NCBI GenBank assembly: GCA_043228905.1
Contig: JBHGNT010000014.1
Span: 19,468,001 to 19,532,000 of the forward strand
Direction: 5' to 3'
DNA length: 64,000 nucleotides
Source: Azolla caroliniana
Lineage: Eukaryota > Plantae > Polypodiophyta
Below are positions 1 to 12,400 of the stretch, piece after piece. Each line of letters starts with the position of its first letter. The first letter of the stretch is position 1. A program made the translations under genes and the position numbers. The notes under the pieces were generated by a model. The model did not search any database, was not told the origin of the DNA, and saw only the letters and a list, made by a program, of their open reading frames with translations.

Positions 1-925
1 ACAACGGTCCTCGTCGTTGAGTCATATCGATCTCCATGGGTGCAGGACTATCCATTGGGACTGGACTACGTGTTTGCCTTGGAGATGGAGCAGGGCTATA
101 CATTTGCCTTGGGGATGATTGTGCCGTTACTGATGCATAAGTTGGTGTGAATCTTGAACTTGTTATTTGTTGTTGTCGCTCACATCGACGCTCAAAAAGG
201 CGATTATCACACCGTATTGCTCGACTAATAGCTTTTGTAAGTGACCTTGGATCCTTGGGGAAGGTAAGAAGTAAGTCTTTGACATCACTATGAAGGCCTG
301 AACGGAATTGCTCCATTAGGGCTTGTTCATCCCAAGGAATATCGCTTGCGATGAGACGGAAATTGGCAGCATATGTCGAAGTTGGTTGATCACCTTGATG
401 AAGTGTACGAATCTTGTTGATAGCTGTTCTCGCCCCATCAATATCTCCGAAACAAGCCTTAAATTCCTTGATAAATTCCTCGAAATTATTCAATAGAGGA
501 GAATTGGTCTCTAGCAATGGAGCAAACCACGACAACGTTATGTCAGTCAATAAGGTGCCCACTAGCCCGACTCGTGATGCATCTATTGGATAACGCACGG
601 GATGCATTTGAATCACCAACCGTACTTGATTCAAGAAACCTCGGAAATGCACCCTCGACCCATCAAATTTAGCTGGGAGGTTAATTTTGGGCTCCTTGAT
701 AAGTCCCTGACCTTCAACCCTTTGTTGTTGTAACACTACGATTGTCGACTCTAACTGTTGCACTCGTCGTGTGAACTCCTCTTGTTGTTGTTGCTTCTCT
801 ATAGTAACCTTTTGTAGATCCCCAAGTAGACGTTGATTCTCTACTTCAAGAGATGCGAACTTGGATTTAAGTTTCTCCATTTCTGCAACAAGGGTGAGAT
901 ATTCTTCTGAGTTAATGGCAGCCAT
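1..925 (-). CDS. gag: Ty3/gypsy (chromovirus, Tcn1/Tf1-sushi-like) Gag, 5' part; ORF open for 308 codons and runs off the window edge
   Basis: Manual translation from ATG at 925: MAAINSEEY...coiled coil...EPKINLPAKFDGSRVHFRGFLNQ...LSWFAPLLE...NKIRTLHQGDQPTSTYAANFRLIASDIPWDEQALMEQFRSGL...PMEID. These are typical retrotransposon Gag motifs (P.KFDG, L.QG, PMEID). It is absent from the ORF track because there is no stop in the window. Confidence 0.9.
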   Translation of the reverse strand, partial: MAAINSEEYLTLVAEMEKLKSKFASLEVENQRLLGDLQKVTIEKQQQQEEFTRRVQQLESTIVVLQQQRVEGQGLIKEPKINLPAKFDGSRVHFRGFLNQVRLVIQMHPVRYPIDASRVGLVGTLLTDITLSWFAPLLETNSPLLNNFEEFIKEFKACFGDIDGARTAINKIRTLHQGDQPTSTYAANFRLIASDIPWDEQALMEQFRSGLHSDVKDLLLTFPKDPRSLTKAISRAIRCDNRLFERRCERQQQITSSRFTPTYASVTAQSSPRQMYSPAPSPRQTRSPVPMDSPAPMEIDMTQRRGPL

Positions 926-950
926 GGTTTCAGGATGGTTACAAAGGAGG

Positions 951-1007
<57 letters not shown>

Positions 1008-1012
<5 letters not shown>

Positions 1013-1019
1013 GAATCAA
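1008..1019 (-). promoter_or_regulatory. Putative self-priming primer-binding site (TTGATTCGAATT on minus strand)
   Basis: Starts 2 nt after the LTR end and lacks the TGG of a tRNA PBS. It is the exact 12-nt reverse complement of 1175-1186 inside the LTR. Confidence 0.7.
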
Positions 1020-1021
1020 AC

Positions 1022-1325
1022 TGTCAGAACCAAGGATAAAAGATAGAGTGATGGAAGAAAGATATTAGAGAACACGAGAAGAAAGGAACGAAATACTAAG
1101 AGAAGAATGGATGTATAAGATAGAGAAAGAAAGAGAATGGATACAAGATATGTAATGAGAGCTAAAGACTGGTGTTGATTCGAATTGATTTGAGAATACA
1201 TGTATGCCCTTATTTATAGGTTCCTATAGAATAACTTAGAGATTTCTAGAATGTTCTAGAATGTTCTAGACCTAGAATGCTCTATGACATTCTAGAACAT
1301 TCTAGAATAATCTAGAGTTTTTACA
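1022..1325 (-). mobile_element. 5' LTR of the gypsy element (~304 bp)
   Basis: TG at 1022 and CA at 1325. Minus-strand TATAAATA at 1218-1211. Lies directly upstream of a (TC)n leader and the gag ATG. Confidence 0.8.
1244..1307. promoter_or_regulatory. Heat-shock element arrays (nGAAn/nTTCn) in LTR U3
   Basis: TTCtaGAAtgTTCtaGAAtgTTC (1244-1266, 5 perfect units) and TTCtaGAAcaTTCtaGAA (1290-1307, 4 units), just upstream of the TATA box. Confidence 0.65.
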
Positions 1326-2273
1326 ATAATCAATGTAATACAAGTAGCTTTTATTGTTTCATATAACAATAAGCTATCTTAATGGTTGAGGTTTTCAAGT
1401 ATGGATTACAAGGTTCGAGGTTCAAGTTTGGTGACGCCATAATGGTCATGTGTTCATGACACTATACGTATTTAAACGTTAAATACAGGTACGTAAACAA
1501 CCATGCTCCACACACCCCTTCAAGCTCAAAGATGTTGTATTTTCCAGTGGCCAACGAGCTTGGATTGCATCTACTCGTTTTTCCACTTGTCCTCAACCTC
1601 TATGACTTAAGAAATGATCATAGACCAATGGATGTAAAAAATGGCCCAAGCTTGCCCACATCAAGTGCTTTCTTAAAGACATGATTCGTTTTTCGATCAA
1701 TTCAAACATGTTGGAGATTGGTGTCCCAAAGTGTGATCCTCTCTTTGGGTGTCGTGATAGTTGACCTCAATATCGTTCATTTGCTAATGGAACACCCAAT
1801 TCCTCACCTATTGTATGATGTTGAGATTGCTATAAAATAGTTGAACCAAGTTGCCAATTTGAATGTTAATTAAGTCCATCAAGAGTGCCTGCAACTTCAT
1901 TGGTAGCGACAATTGCTCCCCAACTTTGCCTTTGTGCTCAATAAGGCGAATATATGTTTCTTTTTACTACACTGAAGTATTTGTTTTCCCAAAAAACACT
2001 ACTTCGCATTAGTTAGCAAATAGAATACAACAGAGTTTACCCGAATCCACAATGGGATCAACATATATACAACTCGGAGGAACAACTCCAAAACTATCAA
2101 ACAAAAATAACAAAAACTCACACGACCCTTAAATCCAACAGAACTGAATAACTCTTTTATAACAAAGTTATCCAGGTAACATGACTATACTAACCCACTT
2201 GTGCTTTAGCTATACATACATAATTACAACCCATGTACAATATTGGGAGCCATCGGCGGAAACAACCACCTAG

Positions 2274-2489
2274 TGTCAAGACTCATGAGTAGGAGAGAGA
2301 GAGAGAGAGAGAAGACAAGAAATGGAAATAAGATTATATTATGAGGAAACAAGGTTACAAAGAGTAGGCTAAGGGCTAAAGACTGGTGTTGAACCGAACA
2401 TCAAGTTGTGATGAATGAATAAACACCTATTTATAGGTCCTTATGGAGTATTCTAGAATGTTCTAGAATACTCTAAATATCTTGTAATA
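2274..2489 (-). mobile_element. Degenerate LTR related to the 1022-1325 LTR
   Basis: Starts TGTCA and shares GCTAAAGACTGGTGTTGA, TATTTATAGG and the TTCTAGAATGTTCTAGAA array with the first LTR. No clear TSD; the right boundary is approximate. Confidence 0.65.
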
Positions 2490-2849
2490 ATTAATTAATA
2501 TATTTATTATACCTATACATCATATGTGTTATTATAATGGTCAAAGGTCTAACATATTGACCAAAACGTCATGGGCTCGAATCCTTGTAAGACCAAAATG
2601 CATGTCTTCATGATACCTAGGCACCTTATAATTCCACTTAGGCTTTGACAAAAATTTGACCATCATGGGAGAACCACCCCATTTCAGCAAGAACTTCTTT
2701 GATCTTGCCCTTTTTCCTTCATTTGATTCCCCCCCTGAATCGAGTCATACTGTCCGCGCAACCAAGCCACAAAGCTCAAACCAGATATTTAACATCACCA
2801 AAGTATTTATTTAAGCCGATGGTTAAATTTTAGAAAATTGGCTCATTAC

Positions 2850-2930
2850 CGAAAGGTACATCTTTTCTGTATAGCCTTAGGGCATTTCTTAATACTAATG
2901 TAGTATCTTCTTTTGGGAAAAAAATAAAAA
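2850..2930 (+). mobile_element. LINE 3'-end fragment with A-tail
   Basis: AAAGGTACATCTTTT...GCCTTA...TTCTTAATACTAATGTAG...GGGAAAAAAA is nearly identical to 8938-9009, the 3' end of the plus-strand LINE. Confidence 0.55.
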
Positions 2931-3099
2931 TATATATATTTGTGTTACAACATGTATCAACATGTGAATTGTCAATGCATCTAAGATAGTTGGAGGTATG
3001 TCATAAATTCATTAAAGAAGTATTCTCTATTATCTTATGACTATACACATTGTATCTTGCGGTTGGTTTCTTTCTCTACAAGACTTTTGAAGTTGCAAA

Positions 3100-3592
3100 T
3101 AACAATCGACAACGGTTCGGTTTGAATCGAACTGAACTGCGAAACCACGGCTTAACGGATTAAATGGTTCAACTCAAGTTCAACTTTTTTTAAATGGTTT
3201 GGTTCCATTTTATCGGTTTGAAACTGTGGTTTAACAGTTTGATGGTTTTTAAATTTTTAATATTTTTTCAAAATTTAATTTAATTATTATTTAAAAACCA
3301 TTTCATTTTTAAGCCTAATTCTCACATGTTAGGGAAAATCTTTAAAATTTTGGAAAATTATAATTTAAAATAATGAAATTTTTTAAATTTTGAATTTTGA
3401 CCTAAGTTGAAAACTGAAACTGAACCATGAAACCGCAGTATTAGTGGTTTAATGGTTTGGATTTGACTTGACACTTCGGTTTAAATGATTTCAATTTAAC
3501 GGTTTCATGGTTCGGTTCAGTTTTTGAAATTTTTAAACGGTTCGATTTGGACACTCTCGAACCAAACTGAATTGAACCATTGCCGATTGCTA
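3100..3592. mobile_element. hAT-type MITE / non-autonomous DNA transposon
   Basis: 19-bp TIRs (TAACAATCGACAACGGTTC vs reverse complement TAGCAATCGGCAATGGTTC) and an exact 8-bp TSD GTTGCAAA (3092-3099, 3593-3600). Subterminal AACCG/CGGTT repeats and an AT-rich core. Confidence 0.85.
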
Positions 3593-3702
3593 GTTGCAAA
3601 GTGAGTACGAACTTCCCCCTTCACATGCATTGGATCTAGTGGATCTATGTGTACCGAAAAAACAATCATTTATGAAGGTGATATAGCAAGTTTTTGCAAG
3701 AT

Positions 3703-3843
3703 TTAACAAGTGGCACCGGTTTGGTTTGGTTTGAGAGTGTCAAAATTGAAGAAGTTTGAAACAGAACTATTTAAACCGTTAAGTTGTTTAAGCCACGGTT
3801 TCATGGTTTAGTTCGGTTCAAACTGAACCGTTGCCGACTATTA
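3703..3843. mobile_element. Short internally deleted member of the same hAT MITE family
   Basis: Similar TIRs, GGTTC/GAACC repeats, flanking 8-bp direct repeat TGCAAGAT. Confidence 0.7.
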
Positions 3844-3945
3844 TGCAAGATCCCAATTTTTTAAGTGGATTAGTATGTACATCTAAAAGATCAATGATCA
3901 CACTCCTTTAAATGGATGGCGACATTGCTTGCCAATCTGGCATGC

Positions 3946-3997
<52 letters not shown>

Positions 3998-4149
3998 GTT
4001 CATTTCTCCTCTGAACTTTGGTAGTGCAATAACGATTCCTTTTTATTGCATCAACCATAACTTGCATAGATTGATGTGGCCAATTAATTTGTGCCACAAT
4101 ATTCTATGTTGCTCGTACTCTTTTGACCTTTGATGAACATCATGTATTT

Positions 4150-5170
4150 TTACCATGTTGTTATCAAGGATAAACATCCAAACATCCACCCTTCTCTTCT
4201 TTCACGTATGGCCAATCACTATTTTTCCTTGATGTGTTTGATACCTCCCCATTGATTGAATTGGTAATTGAATATTTGTTCCATAATTTTTCCAAGGACA
4301 CTAGATTTTTTCCACAATCATGCAACATATTCTACTTGCACTTCCAATGTTTGTCTTTTTTGTTGAATGAATCATTTTTAATGTGTCCAATCATATGTGT
4401 AGTGTCGTGTCGTCACATGTCTCAATGGAGCCATATGTTTGTAGGTCACAAAACCATTCACCATGAATCATCTTGCAATCCAATTAGCTAAGTCCACAAA
4501 ATGTGTGCCATCAAACTTGCTAGTGTCCTCAACGTAGAGTTGGCCTTGTGCCTCAATATGAACATGCCATCATAATCGTCATAATGACAGTCGGCAACAT
4601 AATTAGTGATTTCCTTATTGTTGTTAACATCACTTTTATTCTTATGAAAATCTACCTCAATTTGGTTGAGCTTACCATAATACCAACATTCCAATTTGTT
4701 TTTGTGGTTTGGTAAACAAAACTACCCATTCTTTTAAGGTTTCCTCTTGCCAAGTGAACCCCATGAGACCCAACCAAGATGTAGGCTACCCATGCCGTCC
4801 AATGAAAAAACCGGGATGAACTCAAATGCCATGAATGGGATGCACTTGAAAAAACACAAAGCATTGATTCAACGTTTGCGCAACAAACCATGCACAGTCA
4901 AGCACACACTGAAGACAAAGCAAAGGACAACTCCTTTCCTCGACCTTCAAGGCAAAATCCTGAATGGCATAGCCTGCTCAAGCAAACCAAAAATGCGATG
5001 AATGAATGCTTGCGCAAAAGTTTTTCAACTTGTGCGCCATTCACCGATTCTTGGAACACTTCGATTTTCAAATGCTCAACCATTCCATATGAGCAATTAT
5101 CCCACATGACAATGACATCCCAAGGGCACCCACTATGCTACATTTTCAAAATGAGTGGTTTGCCATGGTT
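4150..5170 (-). pseudogene. Degenerate transposase remnant, possibly Mutator-like
   Basis: Broken reading frames. PNHKNKLECWYYGKL resembles the MULE TNNxxESxHxxLK motif. Weak evidence. Confidence 0.3.
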
Positions 5171-5187
5171 CGGCACTACCAAGTGCA

Positions 5188-5865
5188 AATCTCTCTCCTT
5201 GTTGGTGCACAACCTCTTCACACCATCTAGAATGTTGATAATAATATATTGTCTTTATTTTCACTTTGTTTATTTAGGTGGGAGAGGTTGTAAAGCGATA
5301 GAGGGTAAGAAGTAGATTAATATTAATCACATATTAGTAAGACAAGGGCTAATCTCTCTCCTTGTCGGTGTGCAATCTCTCCACACCATCTAGAATGTTG
5401 ATAATTCAATGTTGTCTTTATTTTCATTTTGCTTATTTAGTCAGGGAGGTTGTAAAGCAATAGACGATAAGTCATAGATGAACATTAATCACATAGCATA
5501 AACATACCTTGAAATTGTAAGGTACTTGACACGGCCTTATATATATAATTGCGCACCAAGTGTGAAGCGGCCACATTCATATTTAAAGCTATAAAAGATG
5601 CTTTGTAGTGTTGGCTACACTCATCCACATTAATTAAAACATTAAGGATACTATTCTTATCTCCCTAATTATAATTAAGTGCTAAGAGAGATTAACTACA
5701 ATGATTAGTAAGTTGAGTGTTAATCTCTCTTCTGCTTGGTGCGCAACCTCTTCGCACCATCTGAAACGTTAAAAATAAGATATTGTCTTTATTAATACTT
5801 TGTTTATTAATGTGTACAAGACTATAAAGAGGTAGAGGGTGAGACAGAGATTTATATAATCACAC
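5188..5865. repeat. Three diverged copies of a ~150-bp unit (5188-5335, 5351-5495, 5722-5865)
   Basis: Shared ATCTCTCT..TTG..GGTG..CAA.CTCT.C.CACCATCT...TTGTCTTTATT...AATCACA. Confidence 0.75.
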
Positions 5866-6339
5866 AGTTCATGATCGCACCACGTTGCATGACTCAAGAA
5901 CCTCACTCTGGTCCCCGAATCATGGTTGAGGGGAGAGTCCTATCTTAGAGAATTCAGTGTCATTGAATCAAGTTTTGTCAATGGAGCTAACACAATTCAT
6001 ACCCTTTGAGTGTTGCATTTCCAAATGTCACTATCAAGTTCCAAGGGGTCTCCTTCCATACACGGGGCTAACCAAGGGATTGGGAGATGTTAATCACCAA
6101 TGGCGAAAACACATCATACATCAACACATAAAAACACATACCTTCCATTCCATGCAACCATTGAATTCTGGAAGGCTTCTAAGTTAATCCAAATTAATAC
6201 GACGTACCTAATCATTGATTAACCCAAAGTACACCAAAGACAAATACACCAAAGAGAGAGATTAATCCAAGTACACCAAAGACAATTATGTATAACAACT
6301 AAACCACTAGATTAGGGAGGATTAGGAAATGTTGATCTA

Positions 6340-9010
6340 TTTCAACAATCTAAAGTTTTGCTTGCGAAATTGGTAATTCGAGGATTGTTACCAGGATCAG
6401 AACCATGAGAACATTTATAGTTATATGAATTGCAAAAGTTTTGTCCCAAAACTAATGGAGATTGGAGGCCCAATTTTCGATGGAGGTTTATGGAAGACAA
6501 CAAGTAGGCTATTTCCACAAAATGGGAAGACAAATTTGCTCGGTCTGTTCTTAATTCACGGAAAGATGTCTCTCTTGATTTAGTTAAGAGATTTCAAAAA
6601 AAAGAAGCCAAATTATGTAGACAACCCTTGATTTGGAATTCGTATTTTACTGAATATAGGGAATGTATGTTGGGAAGGCATAGTCAATGTGCATAGGCAA
6701 AATTAGATCACAGGCCAACACAATCTATAGGTGCGTTGTCGTGTGGGAATGTCACACGTGCCAAACATCGTGATGTGCGTGTCACACACACACGGACAAG
6801 CACCCGGCCTCTATCCGCTAGTGGATATGGAGGAGATGAATTAGCCGTTTAGGTTTATTGTCGGGTTGTTCTTTGCTGTTGAAGGTGCACCCGAACTAGA
6901 CTCAGTGGTGCGGTGGATTGATGTGGAGGTGGCGGTAATGTGGTGGTGCGCAACATTTTAACGGGCAACAACAACGGTGAAACGGTCTTTGCCAATGCTA
7001 TTTCCTTCTTGACGAGAATTTCAGAGATAAAGTGAATGACCACACGAAATGAAATTGTAGTAGCCGAAGTGACGCACTAATGTGGTTGAGAGAGAGAGAG
7101 AGAGAGAGAAATTCTAATTCCGGGTTTGAACCCTTAACTTCAATGTTGAGAAACAAGACATGTCACCAATAAGATAAGTAGATTTTTTCTCATTAATATC
7201 TTGATTTAAGACATAGCTTGATTCCCCCCATTTCTTTTTCTTCCTTTCTTTTATAGATGCCCCCATGCATATGATGCATGTGAGGGTACAAGACATGCAT
7301 ACAATCCATGGAATGCATGCGATGCATGATTGCCATTTGGCTCTCATGCATTACATCTGATGCATGATGACCATGTCACTCATTCAAGCTCTCATGTATA
7401 AGCATTTTACATGTGAAAAGTACGATGATGAAAGTATAACTTAAAGAAACAGCTTAGCCTAATGGTAAGTCAATTGTGTCCTAACTTGGAGGTGCAACGT
7501 TCAAACCTCACTTGCACCCCTTGGTATGCATGAAAATGCTACTAGACCTTAGGGGTTCTCATTTCATTCATATTTACAACATGCTAACGTATAAGTGTAA
7601 CCATCGCCCCTCTCATTTGTGTGCACATTGCACCTTCTCGATTTTCTCCATTCCACGCAATTTTCACACTGTTGCCGAAAATCTTAACGACAACGTGGAC
7701 AACATTCTTGTCTACACTTATAGAGTAAAGAATGATAATGCTTAATAATATACGGGGCCAACTGCCAAAACACAACATATTCCACAATACAAGCCACCCC
7801 TTTCTAATATTTAGAGATGCAATTTGGATCTTTTACATATGATGGGTTTATTTACTCCGTTGGATGTTTTGATTGGAGTAAAAGCCCTTATTAGGGAAGA
7901 ACCTTGTATGACCTTTGATGTACGAGATGATGGTAGGTTAACTTTCACATACGGAAATTAATTTGTTTATTTTTTGTTTGCATAAAGAAGTGACGGTGCT
8001 CGCAAATGATGAACCAAATTGGGTCTTAGATCTGGATCCACAAAAGGTGAATTCCTTTTCTAGGATTTGGATTATGGAAAGGAGAACAATATTGGAAGGC
8101 ATGGATTCAAGATTAGATAAAACATGTGCCTTTTTTTCAATATTCTGTGAAGATTGGTAGGAAAATATTAGGTGCTAGATCATGGAAAGAACCAATCACA
8201 ACTATTTTTTGGAGACAGAATGGACTTTCTCCACAACATCTCAAACAATTTTGGAAATGGTTGTGGGGCATAAAAATGAGTAGGAAAATTGTTTGTTTTT
8301 GTTGGTTGTTGGTTCATAGAATTATACCAGTTAATGGTTGGCAAAAGGGGAATGTAGACAATATGATCTAAAAGAGATTGTTATGCATTGTTTGTGGAGT
8401 TGTGACTTTGTGATTAAAATATGGAAAAGAATCATAACACTGTTAATACCAATATATCCCCGAGCAGTGTATACATGGGGTGCGGTATTATTGGCGGTGG
8501 TACAAGATTAACCAATGGTATATGAATAAGAGGATGTTGCAGATGCTATTGCTATGAGACATGGTTTGATGCAAAAAACATTGATATATTTGAATCTACA
8601 AAGAGAGACTAATAAACCTAAAAATATGGCAATTGGTAAGTAGTATCACAATCTGGTATATTTGGAGGGCTCGATGTTTGAAGGTATCACAATTTGGTGA
8701 TTGAAAGACCTGACCAAATAATTTTTGAGATTTGGACAGAGATTGTGCATAATTTTAGAAGTTATTTAGATAACATAAAAGGTAATACACAACAGACAAA
8801 GCTCAAATGATTGGAGTTTCATGTGGACAAAGGCATATTTTATAGACGGATTTCTGATAAGGTGTAGTGGTTTTACTCTACACTAAAGTATTTATATTAA
8901 ACTGAGGATTAGAATTTAGAAAAGGGGTTCATTACAAAAAGGTACATCTTTTATGATAGCCTTAAGGCGTTTCTTAATACTAATGTAGAATATTTTTTTG
9001 GGAAAAAAAG
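6340..9010 (+). mobile_element. Decayed L1-type LINE, 3' part of ORF2 (zf-RVT region) with A-tail, interrupted by an insertion
   Basis: QPLIWN; PFFQYSVKIGRKIL; WKWLWGIKMSRKIVCFCWLLVHRIIPV; MHCLWSC; many stops. Same family as the minus-strand LINE at 13560-17440 (PFFKYSIKMGRKLL). Confidence 0.75.
6737..7791 (-). mobile_element. LTR-like insertion (~1.05 kb) inside the LINE
   Basis: TG...CA ends with an imperfect terminal inverted repeat and a minus-strand TATA near 7250. It interrupts LINE homology. No TSD seen. Confidence 0.45.
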
Positions 9011-9016
9011 CATGTA

Positions 9017-9411
9017 TGTTACGGGCATAACCATAATTTATCCCGTGGTAAGTTGTAGTGTAGATTCTATACACGAGGAATTGAGACAACCCATAAGGGC
9101 CAAGGGTGAACTTGCCTAGGGCCTTAGGTCTGGCTATAAATATGAGGCCCAACTACCCTTAGTAGGGACATCATTCGACTATGTTGAGACTCTGATCTTG
9201 TGGTTATTAAACTCTTGTAGCGAGTGCGCCGGTACCAGGTATGACTCGATGCCAAGGTGGTGGTACGGGACGCCGATCGAGGCTCAAGTCCTTCTCAATC
9301 CGTTTGACTGAGGGTGGTCGGGTGTATCGGCACCCTTCTTTCTCTCTCTTCCTCTATCCACTTATCTCTTATTTCCTTATTTCATGCTTACATTAGGATT
9401 AACCTCTAACA
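9017..9411 (+). mobile_element. Solo LTR (395 bp)
   Basis: TGTTA...TAACA termini, exact 5-bp TSD ATGTA (9012-9016, 9412-9416), internal CTATAAATA. Confidence 0.85.
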
Positions 9412-12400
9412 ATGTATATGAACACTGAGAATATAAAGTGAACCAACAACTCGACAAGAGAGGAGAGGGTTGCTTTATATAGCATTATCATTGTTGATTT
9501 GGGTATGACCTAGGATATCTATTACATTGACTATATAATTGGGAGTCACATCATTGAGAGTTACAAGGGAGTGAATAGATTTATGGTCATCCACCGCTTG
9601 TGTGACACACATGTTGAATAGTGTAGTCACACATGTGCACCCACTATTTTTGAGATCACACTTGACACCATAGTATGAACCATACGTACCATACGCGCAT
9701 TCGCATTCGAGAATGTTTCAATCATTTTGTGTGAGAAAAATACCCTCAAAGAATGATAAATACCATACTTTTGGATTAACTATTTATTATGAGGTAAATA
9801 AGCCTAAAAAATGGAAAAAAAACATTAAAAAAATGAGAAAAAAACAAAAAAAAATCGCAAGAATGTTTGAATAACATTCGCATTCATTTTCCAACGTAGG
9901 AAAACGAATGTTATGCTAGACGAACACGAATTTTCGGTACTATGTTGTATGTTGTACACACAGAGATAGTTGAGCTTGATATTTCCACATTTTGTATAAG
10001 TATGTGTGACAATGAAGACATGAAAAAACATCTAAGGTAAGTCTTTTGAATGTATTTTTTTGTATATCATTCTCCTATTCACTTCCTTTAAATGTTCAAT
10101 GGATTTGGAGAGGCCATACGATCTTTATTAGGAAAACTCATTTGAAGCTTTCGAGAATGTACATCTTAAAGTGTCGGGAAAATAAATTGACTCGTGCATA
10201 CCTTGTTTTACATTGATGGGATTCCTTATAAACAAATGAATTGTTTATAAGATGGTCCATCATTTTTAGAAAAATATTCACATGTCAAAGCATTTACTAG
10301 CATCACAATACATAATATATATTGGGTAAATTCTATGCACCCTAACATGAACACATGCGGCATGTCCCTTTAAAGAAAAGATAAAATCAATGCCTGAATT
10401 GCATACACATACATCATTGTGAAGACATTAACACTACTCAAGAAAACATATGTACATGGTAAGAGACAGTTTTAGGAAACAAAAAAAATCTGAACTTAAT
10501 GCCTACATTATTGTACAAGGTGACTTAGATCATAGATACAAATTTAGTTATTTGTGGTCCCACATGATCTTGAGTAATTCTGTAAAGTTTAAAGGCAACA
10601 TGTTTCACACTTTATTATGGATTTGATGATGATAGATTAATGACCACTATCATATTTATTCTCAAGTTCCACTGGAAAGCTAATGGTTTTGTCATGCAAA
10701 TATCGTTACCACCTCAATACGGGGTGGATTATTAATCAACATAGTTTAATAGATAATATTATGATGCGATTGAGGTTGCTTCGAAATTCAACGACATTGT
10801 CACATGATGGACAATTCAAACTCAATCAATGTAATGAGGGCGACATACCACGAACAAATGCAAATGCATATACACCCTTTCCACATAAAATCTGTTATAA
10901 CTAAAAAAATAGGATAAAATGTACTGGCATGGACCCACATAACCACAATTTCTCTCATGCCGCATAGATTACAAAATCATGAGATTGCTCAAGAAAATCA
11001 TGCAATATGTGTTTATGTAGTAATGTTCCCCATTATCTCACATTTAAATGTGCAAAGTACTCCAAGGTATACATCGATTTATCGTGCTACAACAAATAAT
11101 AGTAATAAAAGCTAGTAGCTCTATAACATCTTCAATGCTACTAAAGCTAATCTTAGAATGGGCAATGCACGAAAATAGGTGTTAGACATATAAATCCTCA
11201 TTATAAATTTGTAAAATATGATAAAGATAAGAATAACATATCATTGTACATAAGTATATAATATGGAAAACCTTGAAACCACGTTCAAAATCTAGTGTTA
11301 CATGATGCCCTTATTCATATTAAAAGTCAGCTATTGTATAATCAAATAGACTTTTGGTTCTTAATTTTAATAACAAACACATTGTAGTTGAATAAAAACC
11401 GAAAGGTAACTTGAAAAGTAGATGAAGATTCATCTTCCAACCATGGTCTTATATAGCATACCATTTTCATTGTTTGTTTTTGCTCTATTTATTATTTGCT
11501 ATTAAATCTAGTATGCTTTGTTCACTCTATTGTGTGCGGCTCACATCCATGACCACCCTAAACCTATATGAATCGTCTATTGAATGTACAAGTGTCCTTG
11601 TGGTCTCATAAGTTTCTTTCCAATCTTGACATGTTATGCACATTAAAGGAAAACCGCTAACAATAAGCAATTAAAACATTTCTTTCATGTTGCAGAAACA
11701 TACCTAAGGGTGACTATTAAACTCGATTGAATATTTTTGTATGCCACTTGTGGGCATTACTTGCATGTGTGGCTCAATATATGATAGTTCATCATTTGCT
11801 TGTTAGAGATATGTTCCTTCCAATATAAGAAAAGAACCATGGGACCATTTAAGCATGGATTCTTTTATGAGGAGAATCGTTAAGCAATCGAAGAGTATAT
11901 GTTAAGTTCAAATCATATCCATTCAACAAGGTACCATCTCTAATCTACTATAATGATAACTTCTTGATTGATGATTTGATAGTTTCCTTCATGTTACAGT
12001 TTGATACCTTTATGGTTTTTCCCTAGGTAAATTCTCATGAATTGATCAAGTTCACTCTTACATATACCTCTAAACACCAAGGATTCATCTATATTAATGT
12101 GCTCACTTAACTTTAGCCTATGACAATTAAATTATGATTGTAGTTGACCTTAGCATCCACATCCGTGGACCTTGATTGATGTCGTGAAGCTCAATGAAAG
12201 CTCATTATTTTTATTGATTTCATATGTATTCATAAGAACAAAATGTGCCCATATGCACCATATATTCCAAACATTTGGATTTAAGCATGAATTCAATAAA
12301 AAGAATTTCTTCTTGTGAAGAAGTTATGTGTTGATGGGAAGTTTAAAAATACCATGAACCCCTATTTTAGCCTATGGACCTTTTCCTTAGTAGAATTCTT

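Noticed and set aside
861-1046. ORFs with RERERE, HTHTHT, CVCVCV or SLSLSL runs (also 3891-4133, 38115-38297, 47708-47966)
   Set aside because: They are translations of (GA)n/(CA)n microsatellites.
1900-2260. Possible LINE ORF1 remnant (IPLWIRV, minus strand)
   Set aside because: A single short motif in a stop-ridden frame is insufficient.
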